DNA of 59,913 bases. Source: Gammaproteobacteria bacterium (GTDB taxonomy: Bacteria > Pseudomonadota > Gammaproteobacteria > Francisellales > CACEW01). The position numbers were made by a program, and so were the translations under genes. Every line of letters begins with the position of its first letter. The first letter of the stretch is position 1. The notes beneath the pieces were generated by a model that saw only the letters and a list, made by a program, of their open reading frames with translations, did not search any database and was not told the origin of the DNA. The stretch covers positions 1 to 59,913 of the forward strand of contig CBFIHN010000003.1 in the NCBI GenBank assembly GCA_965662575.1. The letters run 5' to 3'. This document shows, piece after piece, positions 1 to 9,386 of the stretch.

Positions 1-286
1 AAAACACCGAGACAAATGATGGAAATACAGTTGGCTGCTTAATACTCAGGGTGGCGGATTAGTTGTTGAATCTGCGCGGTATGAGGTTCTGAGTCCAGAC
101 GGCAAGCGTGGCGTGATCAAGCAACCTATGTATATTATACCTAACACCTGATTTATCTTAGTTTACCACACCCAAAAAGTAAAAAAATTATCTGATATAA
201 TAATATGATAATTTTAAAATATTAAAGTTAAGTTGAAATGAAATTTTTAGATCGCGAGCTAGTATCAAACGAGCTTTAGCGATAAC

Positions 287-1513
287 ATGGATCCAACAGA
301 ACCAATGCAACTATTCGCAATGCACGCTAAAAAACTTCCGATATTCAGCACCGCTTTTTTGATCACTGGCAATGTCTTAGGTGTTGGCGTACTCGCGTTA
401 CCCATCAAAGCTGGGCTGGCTGGCTTTTTTCCATCACTACTTGGCATTATTGCTGTGTGGCTGATGATGATGATAAGTGGTTTTGTGATAGCCGCTCGCT
501 TGCCTGCGCAAGAAAAACACTTTGATATTCCTTCATTCTTTGGTCGTGAGCTGGGTCGTACCGGACAATGGATTGGCATTATCTGTAACTTGATCATTCT
601 CTATGGCGTGTTGGTAGCGTATCTGAGTGGCATTTCATCAATCTTGCACGGGTTGATCAATGTGCCATTGCCACAGTTTGCCATTGTGTTGATTTATTTC
701 GTGATTGCAACCAGTTTAATTTTATTTGGTATGAATGCATTGCGCCGTGGTAATACGATCCTTATCACTCTGATTATGATCTGCTTTCTGGTACTAATTA
801 TCTCCGGTGATACCAAACTAAATCAACATTATGTCATGACAACTCATTGGCAATATATGTCACTAGGCTTGCCTATTGCCGTATCTGCTTTTCATTATCA
901 CAACATTATTCCAACTGTATCCCGAGTACTACACCATGACCAAAAAGCCATTCGTAAAGCCATTTTTTTGGGGATTTTCTTAGGTCTCATCATGAATGTG
1001 ATCTGGGTATTTATTGCCCTAGGCACCTTGCCACCAACTCATAGCATTAACTCTGTTGCTAGTGCTTATCAACATAGTTGGCCAGCAACAATTCCAATGT
1101 CACATATTTTACATTCGACTATATTTACCGATAGCGGCTTGGTCTTCGCGCTTCTGGCTGTCACTGCATCCTATATGGCTAACGGCACAGGCCTATACGG
1201 CTTTATTCGTGATTTAACCCATTCATACTTTAAAACAGACCACAAGGTAGTGGTAGCGCTATTAGCATTTGGACCACCACTACTCATCACCTTGATTTAT
1301 CCGAATATCTTCCTGGCAGCACTGAATATTGTCGGTGGTGTGGGCGAAACAATTTTATTTGCTGTGCTGCCAGCAATTATTCTCTGGAAAATGCTCCGCG
1401 GAAAGCCACTTAGCTTCCGTATTGGCAGCCTACTTATGCTGTTACTAGGTGTTTATATTTTACTATTTGTCTTGGGCCAGACTTTTGGCTTGGTATCCAT
1501 ACCGCAGATTTAG
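287..1513 (+). CDS. Aromatic amino acid permease, HAAAP family (TyrP/Mtr/TnaB-like)
   Basis: 408-aa polytopic membrane ORF. The N-terminal FLITGNVLGVGVLALPI motif is typical of hydroxy/aromatic amino acid permeases. Paralogue of the ORF at 4358-5578. Confidence 0.75.
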   Translation: MDPTEPMQLFAMHAKKLPIFSTAFLITGNVLGVGVLALPIKAGLAGFFPSLLGIIAVWLMMMISGFVIAARLPAQEKHFDIPSFFGRELGRTGQWIGIICNLIILYGVLVAYLSGISSILHGLINVPLPQFAIVLIYFVIATSLILFGMNALRRGNTILITLIMICFLVLIISGDTKLNQHYVMTTHWQYMSLGLPIAVSAFHYHNIIPTVSRVLHHDQKAIRKAIFLGIFLGLIMNVIWVFIALGTLPPTHSINSVASAYQHSWPATIPMSHILHSTIFTDSGLVFALLAVTASYMANGTGLYGFIRDLTHSYFKTDHKVVVALLAFGPPLLITLIYPNIFLAALNIVGGVGETILFAVLPAIILWKMLRGKPLSFRIGSLLMLLLGVYILLFVLGQTFGLVSIPQI

Positions 1514-1551
1514 ACTGTCAGAACTCTTGCATTTACTAAGTCAGTTGGCAC

Positions 1552-2193
1552 CTAATCGCAATCGCATTGCGCCAAATGAGAGGCTATTATTTCAGCCTGT
1601 GCAAGCTGCTGATGTTGTTTTAAATATGTAATCACATCAGAAACCGTGATGATTCGAACAACCGGGATAGTCAAATCTTGCTCAATCGCAGCAATCGCAG
1701 TACGCTGATCAGCTCCGGGTTCTTGACGATCAAGTGATACGACAAGTGCAGCCACCTGGGCTTGATACTGCTCAATCAAGGTTTGTGATTCACGAAATGC
1801 GGTACCTGCTGTGATAACATCATCAACGACCATCACCTGACCCTGTAAAGCTGAACCAACCAGCTGACCACCTTCGCCATGCTCTTTGACCTCTTTGCGG
1901 TTAAAACAATACGGTATGTTTTGGCCAAATTGTATTGACAACGCCATTGCGGTTGCACAGACAATGGGAATCCCGGCATAAGCTGGACCAAAGAGAATAT
2001 CAACATCAAGACCACTATGGACGATTGCTTCAGCATAAAACATCCCTAACCTAGCCAAACGCTCGCCAGTATTAAACAAACGTGCATTGTAAAAATAAGG
2101 GCTTTTCCGACCAGACTTTAAGGTGAAGTCTCCAAAGCACAAAGCACCACAATCCAAGGCAAACTCAATAAAATGTTGCTGGTATGTTCTCAT
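1552..2193 (-). CDS. pyrE: Orotate phosphoribosyltransferase
   Basis: 213 aa. FGDFTLKSGRKSPYFYN and the VVDDVITAGTA PRPP-binding motif align along the full length with PyrE. Confidence 0.93.
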   Translation of the reverse strand: MRTYQQHFIEFALDCGALCFGDFTLKSGRKSPYFYNARLFNTGERLARLGMFYAEAIVHSGLDVDILFGPAYAGIPIVCATAMALSIQFGQNIPYCFNRKEVKEHGEGGQLVGSALQGQVMVVDDVITAGTAFRESQTLIEQYQAQVAALVVSLDRQEPGADQRTAIAAIEQDLTIPVVRIITVSDVITYLKQHQQLAQAEIIASHLAQCDCD

Positions 2194-2903
2194 AAATCAA
2201 GAACCTCTTTGATAAATGGAATAGTAATACGGCGCTTCTCAGCTAGTGATGCTCGATCGAGCTGATTGAGCATATCAACCAAACTGTGCATATTCCGCTG
2301 CACTCGCTTGATTAAAAAAGCTTGTACATCTTCGTTTAAAGCCAGACCCAATAATTGCGCACGTTGTACCAGAGCTGCTAACATTTGCGAATCATTTAAT
2401 GACTTCACTCGATAGGTCAAACCCGATTGCCAGCGTGATTGTAAATCAGCTAGGTGCCAAGCAGTATACCTGGGGCTCAATTGACTGCTGACAAGCAATT
2501 TTCCACCTAAGGATTTTGATTGATTAAACAAAACAAATAATGCCTCTTCCCAGTTTGTCTGTCCGGCTATTTGATCAAGATCATCGAGACACAGTAGCTG
2601 CAAGTGCTCTAAACCTTGCAAAAAATCGACAGACAACTGTGATACCTGCTTGAATGATACATAAAAAGCGTTGATCTTTTGTGCTAAAGCGGATTGATAA
2701 ACAGCTTGCAGAAGATGTGTTTTACCACAGCCATTGGCACCATAGAGGTAAAACAAGAACTCGTCATTATCAACAAAGCTTTTTAACTGATTCACTAGCT
2801 GACGATTATCACCTGGATAAAAGTCTTGCCAGCTATGATCAGGATATGGTTGCAAACTCAGAGATAGCTGAAGGGATAATGTTTCCTGAGTTGCCTTTAC
2901 CAT
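2190..2903 (-). CDS. hda: DnaA regulatory inactivator Hda
   Basis: 237 aa. Walker A-like GANGCGKTHLL and the C-terminal LDRASLAEKRRITIPFIKEVL match E. coli Hda closely. 4-nt overlap with pyrE. Confidence 0.88.
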   Translation of the reverse strand: MVKATQETLSLQLSLSLQPYPDHSWQDFYPGDNRQLVNQLKSFVDNDEFLFYLYGANGCGKTHLLQAVYQSALAQKINAFYVSFKQVSQLSVDFLQGLEHLQLLCLDDLDQIAGQTNWEEALFVLFNQSKSLGGKLLVSSQLSPRYTAWHLADLQSRWQSGLTYRVKSLNDSQMLAALVQRAQLLGLALNEDVQAFLIKRVQRNMHSLVDMLNQLDRASLAEKRRITIPFIKEVLDL

Positions 2904-2996
2904 TTAAAAACGAAACAATCTGTTTGACCATTGACAAGTATATAGTGATTTTGATGGAAAATGCGAGTTTTTATACGTTCTCATAAGCCCGGCGTA

Positions 2997-3257
2997 TCAA
3001 CAGGGCCGGGGCACTTCTTGCTTAGATCCAAATCCTCCAGCAGCTTTAAAGTAAACAGAAGGGTTTTCATATCTATTGGTTTTATTATCTGACATCAGTG
3101 GTGAGCTAACCGCTTCATGAGTGTTAAGCACATAATCCACCATATCAGGAGTAATCTCTTTTCCAGAGTCTAGGTAACTTATCAATTTCTTTAGATCTAA
3201 CTGGGAGTCTTCCCAGCCACTTATCGGTTTATTCGGTTTTTCAGTTGTTGATGGCAT
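2997..3257 (-). CDS. Hypothetical protein (86 aa), no recognisable family
   Basis: Intact ORF 12 nt downstream of the 118-aa ORF on the same strand. No motif recognised. Confidence 0.45.
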   Translation of the reverse strand: MPSTTEKPNKPISGWEDSQLDLKKLISYLDSGKEITPDMVDYVLNTHEAVSSPLMSDNKTNRYENPSVYFKAAGGFGSKQEVPRPC

Positions 3258-3269
3258 AACTAACTCCTT

Positions 3270-3626
3270 TTATCCCATAATTTCATCAATATCTTCTTGA
3301 ATATCCTCTGCAACAAACAGCAAAATATCACGATACTTCTCCAAGATTTGACAGTTTTCCTCGTAGCTGGCATTTTCTGACAATTGTTCTTTAATCGCCA
3401 GCAAAATGTTTTTTCGATACAACTTCAGCTGTATTTCTTTTTCATGGAGCTTGCGTGCTTTTTCAATAAGCTGCAACTCCTGTCCTCGCAAAGCTTGGGC
3501 ATAATCAACGAGTTTTGCAGCTTTATCTGCTATGTCTTCGTTAGTATTGAGGTTATTTGCGCTAAACTGCCCCAATTTGTCAATCAAGCTATCACGATTT
3601 TTGCTAGTGCTAGATTTTACTGCCAT
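3270..3626 (-). CDS. Hypothetical coiled-coil protein (118 aa)
   Basis: Intact ORF, Lys/Glu/Leu-rich with heptad-like sequence. A sampled line at 3301 has 22/60 G+C, against 29/60 in hda. No family recognised. Confidence 0.5.
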   Translation of the reverse strand: MAVKSSTSKNRDSLIDKLGQFSANNLNTNEDIADKAAKLVDYAQALRGQELQLIEKARKLHEKEIQLKLYRKNILLAIKEQLSENASYEENCQILEKYRDILLFVAEDIQEDIDEIMG

Positions 3627-3823
3627 TCTTACCCTGTATCGCAGAAAACAAAACAGTTTCGCTTCCTTGCGCCCTAAATATAAAGTAATGGTGTTGTTCG
3701 CGATAAAACTATCGCCATAAACGTCACTGTCGCAAGCACACCTTTATTGTATTGTAAAAATTACAAACCCGCAACTTTTATTAAGCGCGCCCGAAGTCAT
3801 GGCTCAGAAATCTCGCCAAATCA

Positions 3824-4288
3824 TTAGTGTCTGGTTTCAGAAGAACTTTGCTGCGCTTGCTGTTCGGCACTTTGCGCATACAATGCATCAAAATTAATGG
3901 GTGCCAATGCCAACTGCGGAAAACCACCTTTGGCAACAGTTGCACCAATCACTTCACGGGCATAGGGAAACAAAATATTTGGGCAGAAGCTACCCAACAT
4001 ATGACCATAATTTTCCTCTGGCAGCCCCTTGATTGAGAAAATACCAGCCTGTTTCACCTCAATCAAAAAGGCAGTTTTATCTTCACATTTCGCCGTCACC
4101 GTGACGGTCAATGTCACTTCATGATCGGTTTCTGTCAACTTCTCAGCATGGGTGTTTAATTCAATGTTTGCTTCGGGCTTCCAGTCACCAGCAAAGAGAC
4201 TGGGTGAATTTGGAGACTCAAAAGAAAAATCTTTCACAAAAATTTTCTGTATTGCAAAATCAACTTGCAATTCTTGTTGCTCAGCCAT
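3824..4288 (-). CDS. secB: Protein-export chaperone SecB
   Basis: 154 aa. FAIQKIFVKDFSFESPNSP and FPYAREVI motifs, plus an acidic/Gln-rich C-terminal tail, are typical of SecB. Confidence 0.92.
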   Translation of the reverse strand: MAEQQELQVDFAIQKIFVKDFSFESPNSPSLFAGDWKPEANIELNTHAEKLTETDHEVTLTVTVTAKCEDKTAFLIEVKQAGIFSIKGLPEENYGHMLGSFCPNILFPYAREVIGATVAKGGFPQLALAPINFDALYAQSAEQQAQQSSSETRH

Positions 4289-4357
4289 GGTTTTATCTCC
4301 TGTCGGGTGGTTATGCCAATAAACATTATGCCTGATTTTGTCGCTAAACTCACCCTG

Positions 4358-5578
4358 TTAATGAGGAACCACATGCGCCATCATGGCAAAATGTAAGATA
4401 ATAATAAAGACACCTGCAAGCAAAATGACAACTCGCAGGGGTCGACCACCGGCGGCATGATAAAAAGGTGTTAACCCTTTAGAGCCTAAGCTTAATGACA
4501 TCATTGCAGGTAAAATCAAAACTAACACGGCCGCAAACACTGCCGCATAGCGTAAGGCCATAATGAAGCCCCCAGGGAAGAATATGGCAAATAGCAACGG
4601 CAAGGCAAAGGTTAAAATTGAGGCTAATAATCGATGTGAATGGCACTGATGTTTTAACCTCAAACCATCAATAAAGAAATCTAACAAGCTCAGTGCAATC
4701 CCCAAGAAAGAGGTCGTAACCGCAATATCCATAAATGCATTGATCATGGTGCGCACAACATCACCATTAAGGTAGTGAACAAGGGTAAGAATCAATGCGC
4801 CGGTAGAATCATGTGCCTGGGCAATCGAGGCAAAGCTGTGATCACCGGTTTTTGGCAATACTCCAAAAATGACCATTTGCCACAAAACATAGACAACCAA
4901 AGGAATCAACATGCCAATAAATATAATATTGCGTAGGCGCTTTGGTTCTGGACCAATATAGCTGCGGATACTGGGAATAATAAAATGCGAACCAAATGCG
5001 GTTAAAACCACGGGTATAGGGGCCAACAAATAAGGGTAGTCATGCCATTTGCTAATCAAGTGGGAAAAGTTAATATGTGGCGCGATAAAGATTGTCGCGA
5101 TAATGAAAAAAATTAATTTCAACGACAATAAAATACGGTTTAAGTGATCTGTATGTTTTGTACCCAAAAATACAAAAAAACCAAAAACCACGGTAAATAG
5201 AACCGCACACACTGCCATGCTAATTGGCACATGTATTTGAGTAAAAATAGCTGCCAGCAAAGATGATCCCCCAGTGTCATAAGCGGCTAATAACGCATAG
5301 AGCAACAGTAAAAACATGACCCAGGTAACCACCTTGCCACTTTTGCCCAGCGTTCTTTCTGCCATCGAACTGAAGCTGCTATTAGCAGGTAACGCACTAT
5401 TGACCTCGAGCACTAATAATGAACTTAATAACATCGTCAACCAACACGCAATAAAAATAACCAATGACCACACAAAACCACACTGCGCCGTCACCAAAGG
5501 CAAGGCCAACATGCCGCCACCAATGCAGGTACCCGTGACGAGAAATACCGCACCCAATGATTTTAAAAATTCACGCAT
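4358..5578 (-). CDS. Aromatic amino acid (tryptophan/tyrosine) permease, HAAAP family
   Basis: 406-aa polytopic ORF with N-terminal GAVFLVTGTCIGGGMLALPL as in Mtr/TyrP/TnaB. Its start overlaps the trpR stop by 8 nt. Confidence 0.8.
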   Translation of the reverse strand: MREFLKSLGAVFLVTGTCIGGGMLALPLVTAQCGFVWSLVIFIACWLTMLLSSLLVLEVNSALPANSSFSSMAERTLGKSGKVVTWVMFLLLLYALLAAYDTGGSSLLAAIFTQIHVPISMAVCAVLFTVVFGFFVFLGTKHTDHLNRILLSLKLIFFIIATIFIAPHINFSHLISKWHDYPYLLAPIPVVLTAFGSHFIIPSIRSYIGPEPKRLRNIIFIGMLIPLVVYVLWQMVIFGVLPKTGDHSFASIAQAHDSTGALILTLVHYLNGDVVRTMINAFMDIAVTTSFLGIALSLLDFFIDGLRLKHQCHSHRLLASILTFALPLLFAIFFPGGFIMALRYAAVFAAVLVLILPAMMSLSLGSKGLTPFYHAAGGRPLRVVILLAGVFIIILHFAMMAHVVPH

Positions 5579-5933
5579 GCTTATCGACTCCTAATACTGT
5601 TTTTAACTGTTGTTGAAATACTGATGAACTGGCCTTTAGGCTATTTGAGCCGCGAGTAATTTTTGAAATACTCACTTGCAGGTTTTTAGCCAACTCGCGC
5701 TGCGTTAGTTGATTGGCCAGCAACCCATCAATAATTCGTAAGCGATCAGCAATGGCATGCTGCTCATCAAGGGTTAATACAAAGCGTAATAGCTCATCAA
5801 GCTGTGTTGTATTTTTTGTTGCAAGGCATGCTTTAAGCAATAATTGCCAACCTTTTTCATTCATCACAAATAACCTTTTTTCATCCTGATCAGTCATAAG
5901 CTCTAGACCTAAGCCAATGGATTTTATTCTCAT
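5571..5933 (-). CDS. trpR: Trp operon repressor family protein TrpR
   Basis: [49 protein letters not shown] aligns with E. coli TrpR [49 protein letters not shown]. An alternative start at ATG 5897 gives 108 aa, the same length as E. coli TrpR. Confidence 0.85.
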   Translation of the reverse strand: [120 protein letters not shown]

Positions 5934-6004
5934 GTAATGTTACAACAATACAAAATAATAGGCAACGCACACCATCGGTAAATTTTGCTATACTCAAATG
6001 AAAT

Positions 6005-7453
6005 ATGTCATATGAGGACATGATGCCTATTCTCCCTGACTTCTCAAATGCAACTGTTTTAGTGATTGGTGATCTGATGCTCGATCGTTATTGGCATGGC
6101 AACACCAAACGCATTTCACCCGAAGCACCGGTTCCTGTTGTGCATGTACAGCAGCAAAGTGATCAAGCCGGTGGCGCTGGCAATGTTGCGCTCAACTTGC
6201 GCGCACTGGATGTCAACACACACATTAGCGGTTTAATTGGTGAGGACGAAACCGGACAAAACTTATCTCATTTATTGACCAAACAGGGCGCAAAGATCGC
6301 CGGCATTAGAACCTCAAAGCAACCAACCATTACCAAACTGCGAGTGCTTGGGCAAAATCAACAACTACTTCGCCTAGACTTTGAACAAGCATTTGCTAAA
6401 CAAGAGGCAGAGCAATTACTCACCGCACTAGACAATCAACTACTGGCTGTTGATGTGATCATTTTGTCCGATTATGGCAAAGGGGCTTTAGCATATGCTC
6501 GCGACATGATTGCTGTGGCTCGTCAGCATCATATTCCAGTACTAGTTGACCCCAAAACGTCTGACTTTTCGCATTATCAGGGTGCCACAGTAATCACACC
6601 CAACATGAAGGAGTTTGAGGCCGTTGTTGGCCCTTGTCAAAACGATGATGAGATCATCAGCAAAGGCCACGCGCTAATGCTTGCCCATGATATTGACGCC
6701 TTATTGGTCACGCGCAGTGAAAAAGGCATGACCTTACTACGTCAAAACCAACAGCCCTTGCATATTGCCACCGAAGCCAAAGAAGTGTTTGATGTCACTG
6801 GTGCTGGTGATACCGTCATTAGCGTCATGGCAGCGGCGATGGCAGCTGGTGAAAATCTGGATCAAGCAGCAAGATTAGCCAATACGGCTGCCGGTGTTGT
6901 TGTCGCTAAATTAGGGGCTGCCACTGCATCGGCAGCAGAAATTCGCCGAGCACTACGTAAAAATAATGATTCTTGGCTCGGCATTGTCAACCAACAGCAA
7001 CTAGCCATCGCGGTTGACGAGGCAAAAGCACAGGATGAAACCATTGTGATGACCAATGGTTGTTTTGACATTTTGCATGCCGGGCATATTAGCTACTTAG
7101 AACAAGCCAAAGCACTAGGCAAACGTTTAATTGTTGCGGTTAACAGTGACGAATCCGTACGTCAACTGAAAGGTCCATCACGCCCAGTTAACCCTCTAAA
7201 ACAAAGGATGGCGGTCTTGTCAGGACTACGCTGTGTCGACTGGGTCGTTCCATTTTCTGAGGAAACACCAGAACGCTTAATCGGTGAAATCTTGCCAAAT
7301 ATCTTAGTGAAGGGAGGGGATTATCGAATAGAAGAAATCGCAGGGCATCAACACGTGTTAGCCCAGGGTGGCAACGTAAAAATTTTACCCTTCGTTGAAG
7401 GGATATCAACCAGCCATATTATTGAACGCGCAAGAGCGGGAGAACAAGCATGA
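6005..7453 (+). CDS. hldE: Bifunctional D-beta-D-heptose 7-phosphate kinase / D-beta-D-heptose 1-phosphate adenylyltransferase
   Basis: 482 aa. N-terminal ribokinase-like domain ([20 protein letters not shown]) and C-terminal cytidylyltransferase domain ([12 protein letters not shown]). Confidence 0.95.
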   Translation: MSYEDMMPILPDFSNATVLVIGDLMLDRYWHGNTKRISPEAPVPVVHVQQQSDQAGGAGNVALNLRALDVNTHISGLIGEDETGQNLSHLLTKQGAKIAGIRTSKQPTITKLRVLGQNQQLLRLDFEQAFAKQEAEQLLTALDNQLLAVDVIILSDYGKGALAYARDMIAVARQHHIPVLVDPKTSDFSHYQGATVITPNMKEFEAVVGPCQNDDEIISKGHALMLAHDIDALLVTRSEKGMTLLRQNQQPLHIATEAKEVFDVTGAGDTVISVMAAAMAAGENLDQAARLANTAAGVVVAKLGAATASAAEIRRALRKNNDSWLGIVNQQQLAIAVDEAKAQDETIVMTNGCFDILHAGHISYLEQAKALGKRLIVAVNSDESVRQLKGPSRPVNPLKQRMAVLSGLRCVDWVVPFSEETPERLIGEILPNILVKGGDYRIEEIAGHQHVLAQGGNVKILPFVEGISTSHIIERARAGEQA

Positions 7454-8394
7454 TTATAGTCACAGGCGGCGCCGGCTTCATTGGTAGCAATCTAGTCAAA
7501 GCATTAAACCAACGTGGGCGTCAAGATATTATCGTCGTCGATGACTTAAAAGACGGCCGTAAGTTTCGCAACTTAGTTGACTGCCAAATTGCCGATTATC
7601 TAGATAGAGAAGACTTTCTCGATATGATTGGTCAAGGGATTTTCGATAACGTGGACATTGAGGTTATTTTCCACCAAGGCGCTTGCTCAACCACCACAGA
7701 ATGGGATGGGCGATACATGATGGCGGTTAACTATGACTACTCGAAGTCATTACTGCATTTTTGCCAAGACAAGCACATCCCTTTTATCTATGCCTCTAGT
7801 GCGGCGGTCTATGGTGACAACCAAACCTTTATCGAAGATCTCCGTCATGAATCTCCACTAAATGTTTATGGCTATTCTAAATTTTTATTTGATCAGTATG
7901 TCCGCAAACAACAATCAAAGCAAAAAGCCCAAGTGGTTGGCTTACGCTACTTTAATGTTTACGGCCCCAATGAACAACACAAAGCGGGCATGGCGAGTGT
8001 TGCTTATCATTTGCATAGCCAACTATTATCTGGCAACAAAGTTCAATTGTTTGCCGGCTATGATGGCTATGGCAATGGCGAGCAAACCCGAGATTTTATT
8101 TATGTCGGCGACGCGGTGAAAGTCAATCTGTGGTTTTGGGACAATCCCGATAAATCAGGAATTTTCAATTGTGGGACCGGGCGCAGCCAACCGTTTAAAG
8201 ATGTTGCCAATGCGGTGATTGATTTTCATCAGCGCGGCACTATTGAGTACATACCTTTTCCAGATAAGCTCAAAGGCTGCTATCAAAGCTTCACCCAAGC
8301 CGATATTTCTGCTCTGCGCAATGCCGGTTATAACCAGCCGTTTTTAACGGTTGAACAGGGTGTTCACACATATCTCAAGGCATTAGCACAATGA
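7450..8394 (+). CDS. hldD: ADP-L-glycero-D-manno-heptose 6-epimerase
   Basis: 314 aa. [19 protein letters not shown] Rossmann motif, collinear with E. coli HldD/RfaD. 4-nt overlap with hldE. Confidence 0.95.
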   Translation: MIIVTGGAGFIGSNLVKALNQRGRQDIIVVDDLKDGRKFRNLVDCQIADYLDREDFLDMIGQGIFDNVDIEVIFHQGACSTTTEWDGRYMMAVNYDYSKSLLHFCQDKHIPFIYASSAAVYGDNQTFIEDLRHESPLNVYGYSKFLFDQYVRKQQSKQKAQVVGLRYFNVYGPNEQHKAGMASVAYHLHSQLLSGNKVQLFAGYDGYGNGEQTRDFIYVGDAVKVNLWFWDNPDKSGIFNCGTGRSQPFKDVANAVIDFHQRGTIEYIPFPDKLKGCYQSFTQADISALRNAGYNQPFLTVEQGVHTYLKALAQ

Positions 8395-9155
8395 CGTACC
8401 AACCTGAAAAAGTATGGCAACCCAAACAAGAGCTTGGTGGCAAGTGGGGTGCGATTAATCAACCCACAGCAGGTGCCCGTTATCAGCAAGATTTAGCCCG
8501 TGGCGACAAGCCACTACAACTATATTCACTGGCAACACCTAATGGCATTAAAGTCACAATCATGCTTGAAGAACTGATTGCGTTAGGCCATCAACAGGCT
8601 GCATATGATTTTCATACCATCAGCATTAGCCAAGGCGAGCAATTTTCCAGCGGATTTGTGAATATTAATCCAAACTCAAAAATCCCTGCGTTGGTTGATA
8701 CCACCACCACACCCAACACCAAGGTGTTTGAGTCTGGATCGATTTTGCTCTACTTAGCAGAAAAATTTGATGCCTTAATACCCAACCAACCACAAGAACG
8801 CACACAATGTCTTTCATGGTTGTTTTGGCAAATGGGCAGCGCACCCTATTTGGGCGGTGGCTTTGGCCATTTTTATGTTTATGCACCTGAAAAAATCGCA
8901 TACTGCATCGATCGCTTCACCATGGAGGTCAAACGCCAACTCGATGTTCTCGACCAACACTTAGCCAACCAGCTGTTTATCTGTGGTGATGACTACACCA
9001 TTGCCGATATTGCCATATTCCCATGGTATGGCGGCGTGATATTAAATCGTGTTTATCACGCTGCAGAATTTCTTGACGCAGGTCGCTATAAAAATTTAAT
9101 GCGCTGGGCAACCCAGGTAAACCAACGCCCAGCAGTGCAAAAAGGCACCCCATAA
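8391..9155 (+). CDS. Nu-class glutathione S-transferase, YghU-like
   Basis: 254 aa. [36 protein letters not shown] and [12 protein letters not shown] match E. coli YghU almost motif for motif. 4-nt overlap with hldD. Confidence 0.88.
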   Translation: MTYQPEKVWQPKQELGGKWGAINQPTAGARYQQDLARGDKPLQLYSLATPNGIKVTIMLEELIALGHQQAAYDFHTISISQGEQFSSGFVNINPNSKIPALVDTTTTPNTKVFESGSILLYLAEKFDALIPNQPQERTQCLSWLFWQMGSAPYLGGGFGHFYVYAPEKIAYCIDRFTMEVKRQLDVLDQHLANQLFICGDDYTIADIAIFPWYGGVILNRVYHAAEFLDAGRYKNLMRWATQVNQRPAVQKGTP

Positions 9156-9167
9156 AATGCCCTAAAA

Positions 9168-9309
9168 GGGGCTGTTGCAAGCTGGTTTATAGCGAGGAAT
9201 AGCTAGACGAAAAAAATTAAAAAAGCGGCGTTTATACCGAATAAACAAGCAGTTTTTCATTTTTTTCAACGACGCTAGTGCCGCTAGAAACTGGGTTTGA
9301 AACAGTCCC
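9168..9309 (+). repeat. Palindromic MITE/REP-like element, copy 1 (142 bp)
   Basis: Near-identical to 50238-50380 and 51600-51740. Terminal inverted repeats are GGGGCTGTTGCAA ... TTTGAAACAGTCCC, and the whole unit is an imperfect hairpin. Lies between convergent gene ends. Confidence 0.9.
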
Positions 9310-9386
9310 TAAAAAGAAATCAGCCACCAGCAGGAATTCCACACTTAACCGCTTTATATACCAGTAGCTGACCTCGCGTAGACAAA

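Noticed and set aside
1-151. Possible 3-prime end of a + strand gene at the window edge. One frame reads ...GGGLVVESARYEVLSPDGKRGVIKQPMYIIPNT-stop and ends at 151.
   Set aside because: That frame has an in-frame TGA at 17-19 and no start codon. Another frame ends at about 63. I recognise no family, so I cannot tell whether this is a truncated gene, a frameshifted remnant or noise.
3752-3766. Perfect palindrome TTGTAA-AAA-TTACAA between secB and the orphan cassette. It superficially resembles a TyrR box (TGTAAA-N6-TTTACA) or a CRP site.
   Set aside because: The spacing does not match the TyrR or CRP consensus, and AT-rich palindromes of this size are common in AT-rich intergenic DNA.
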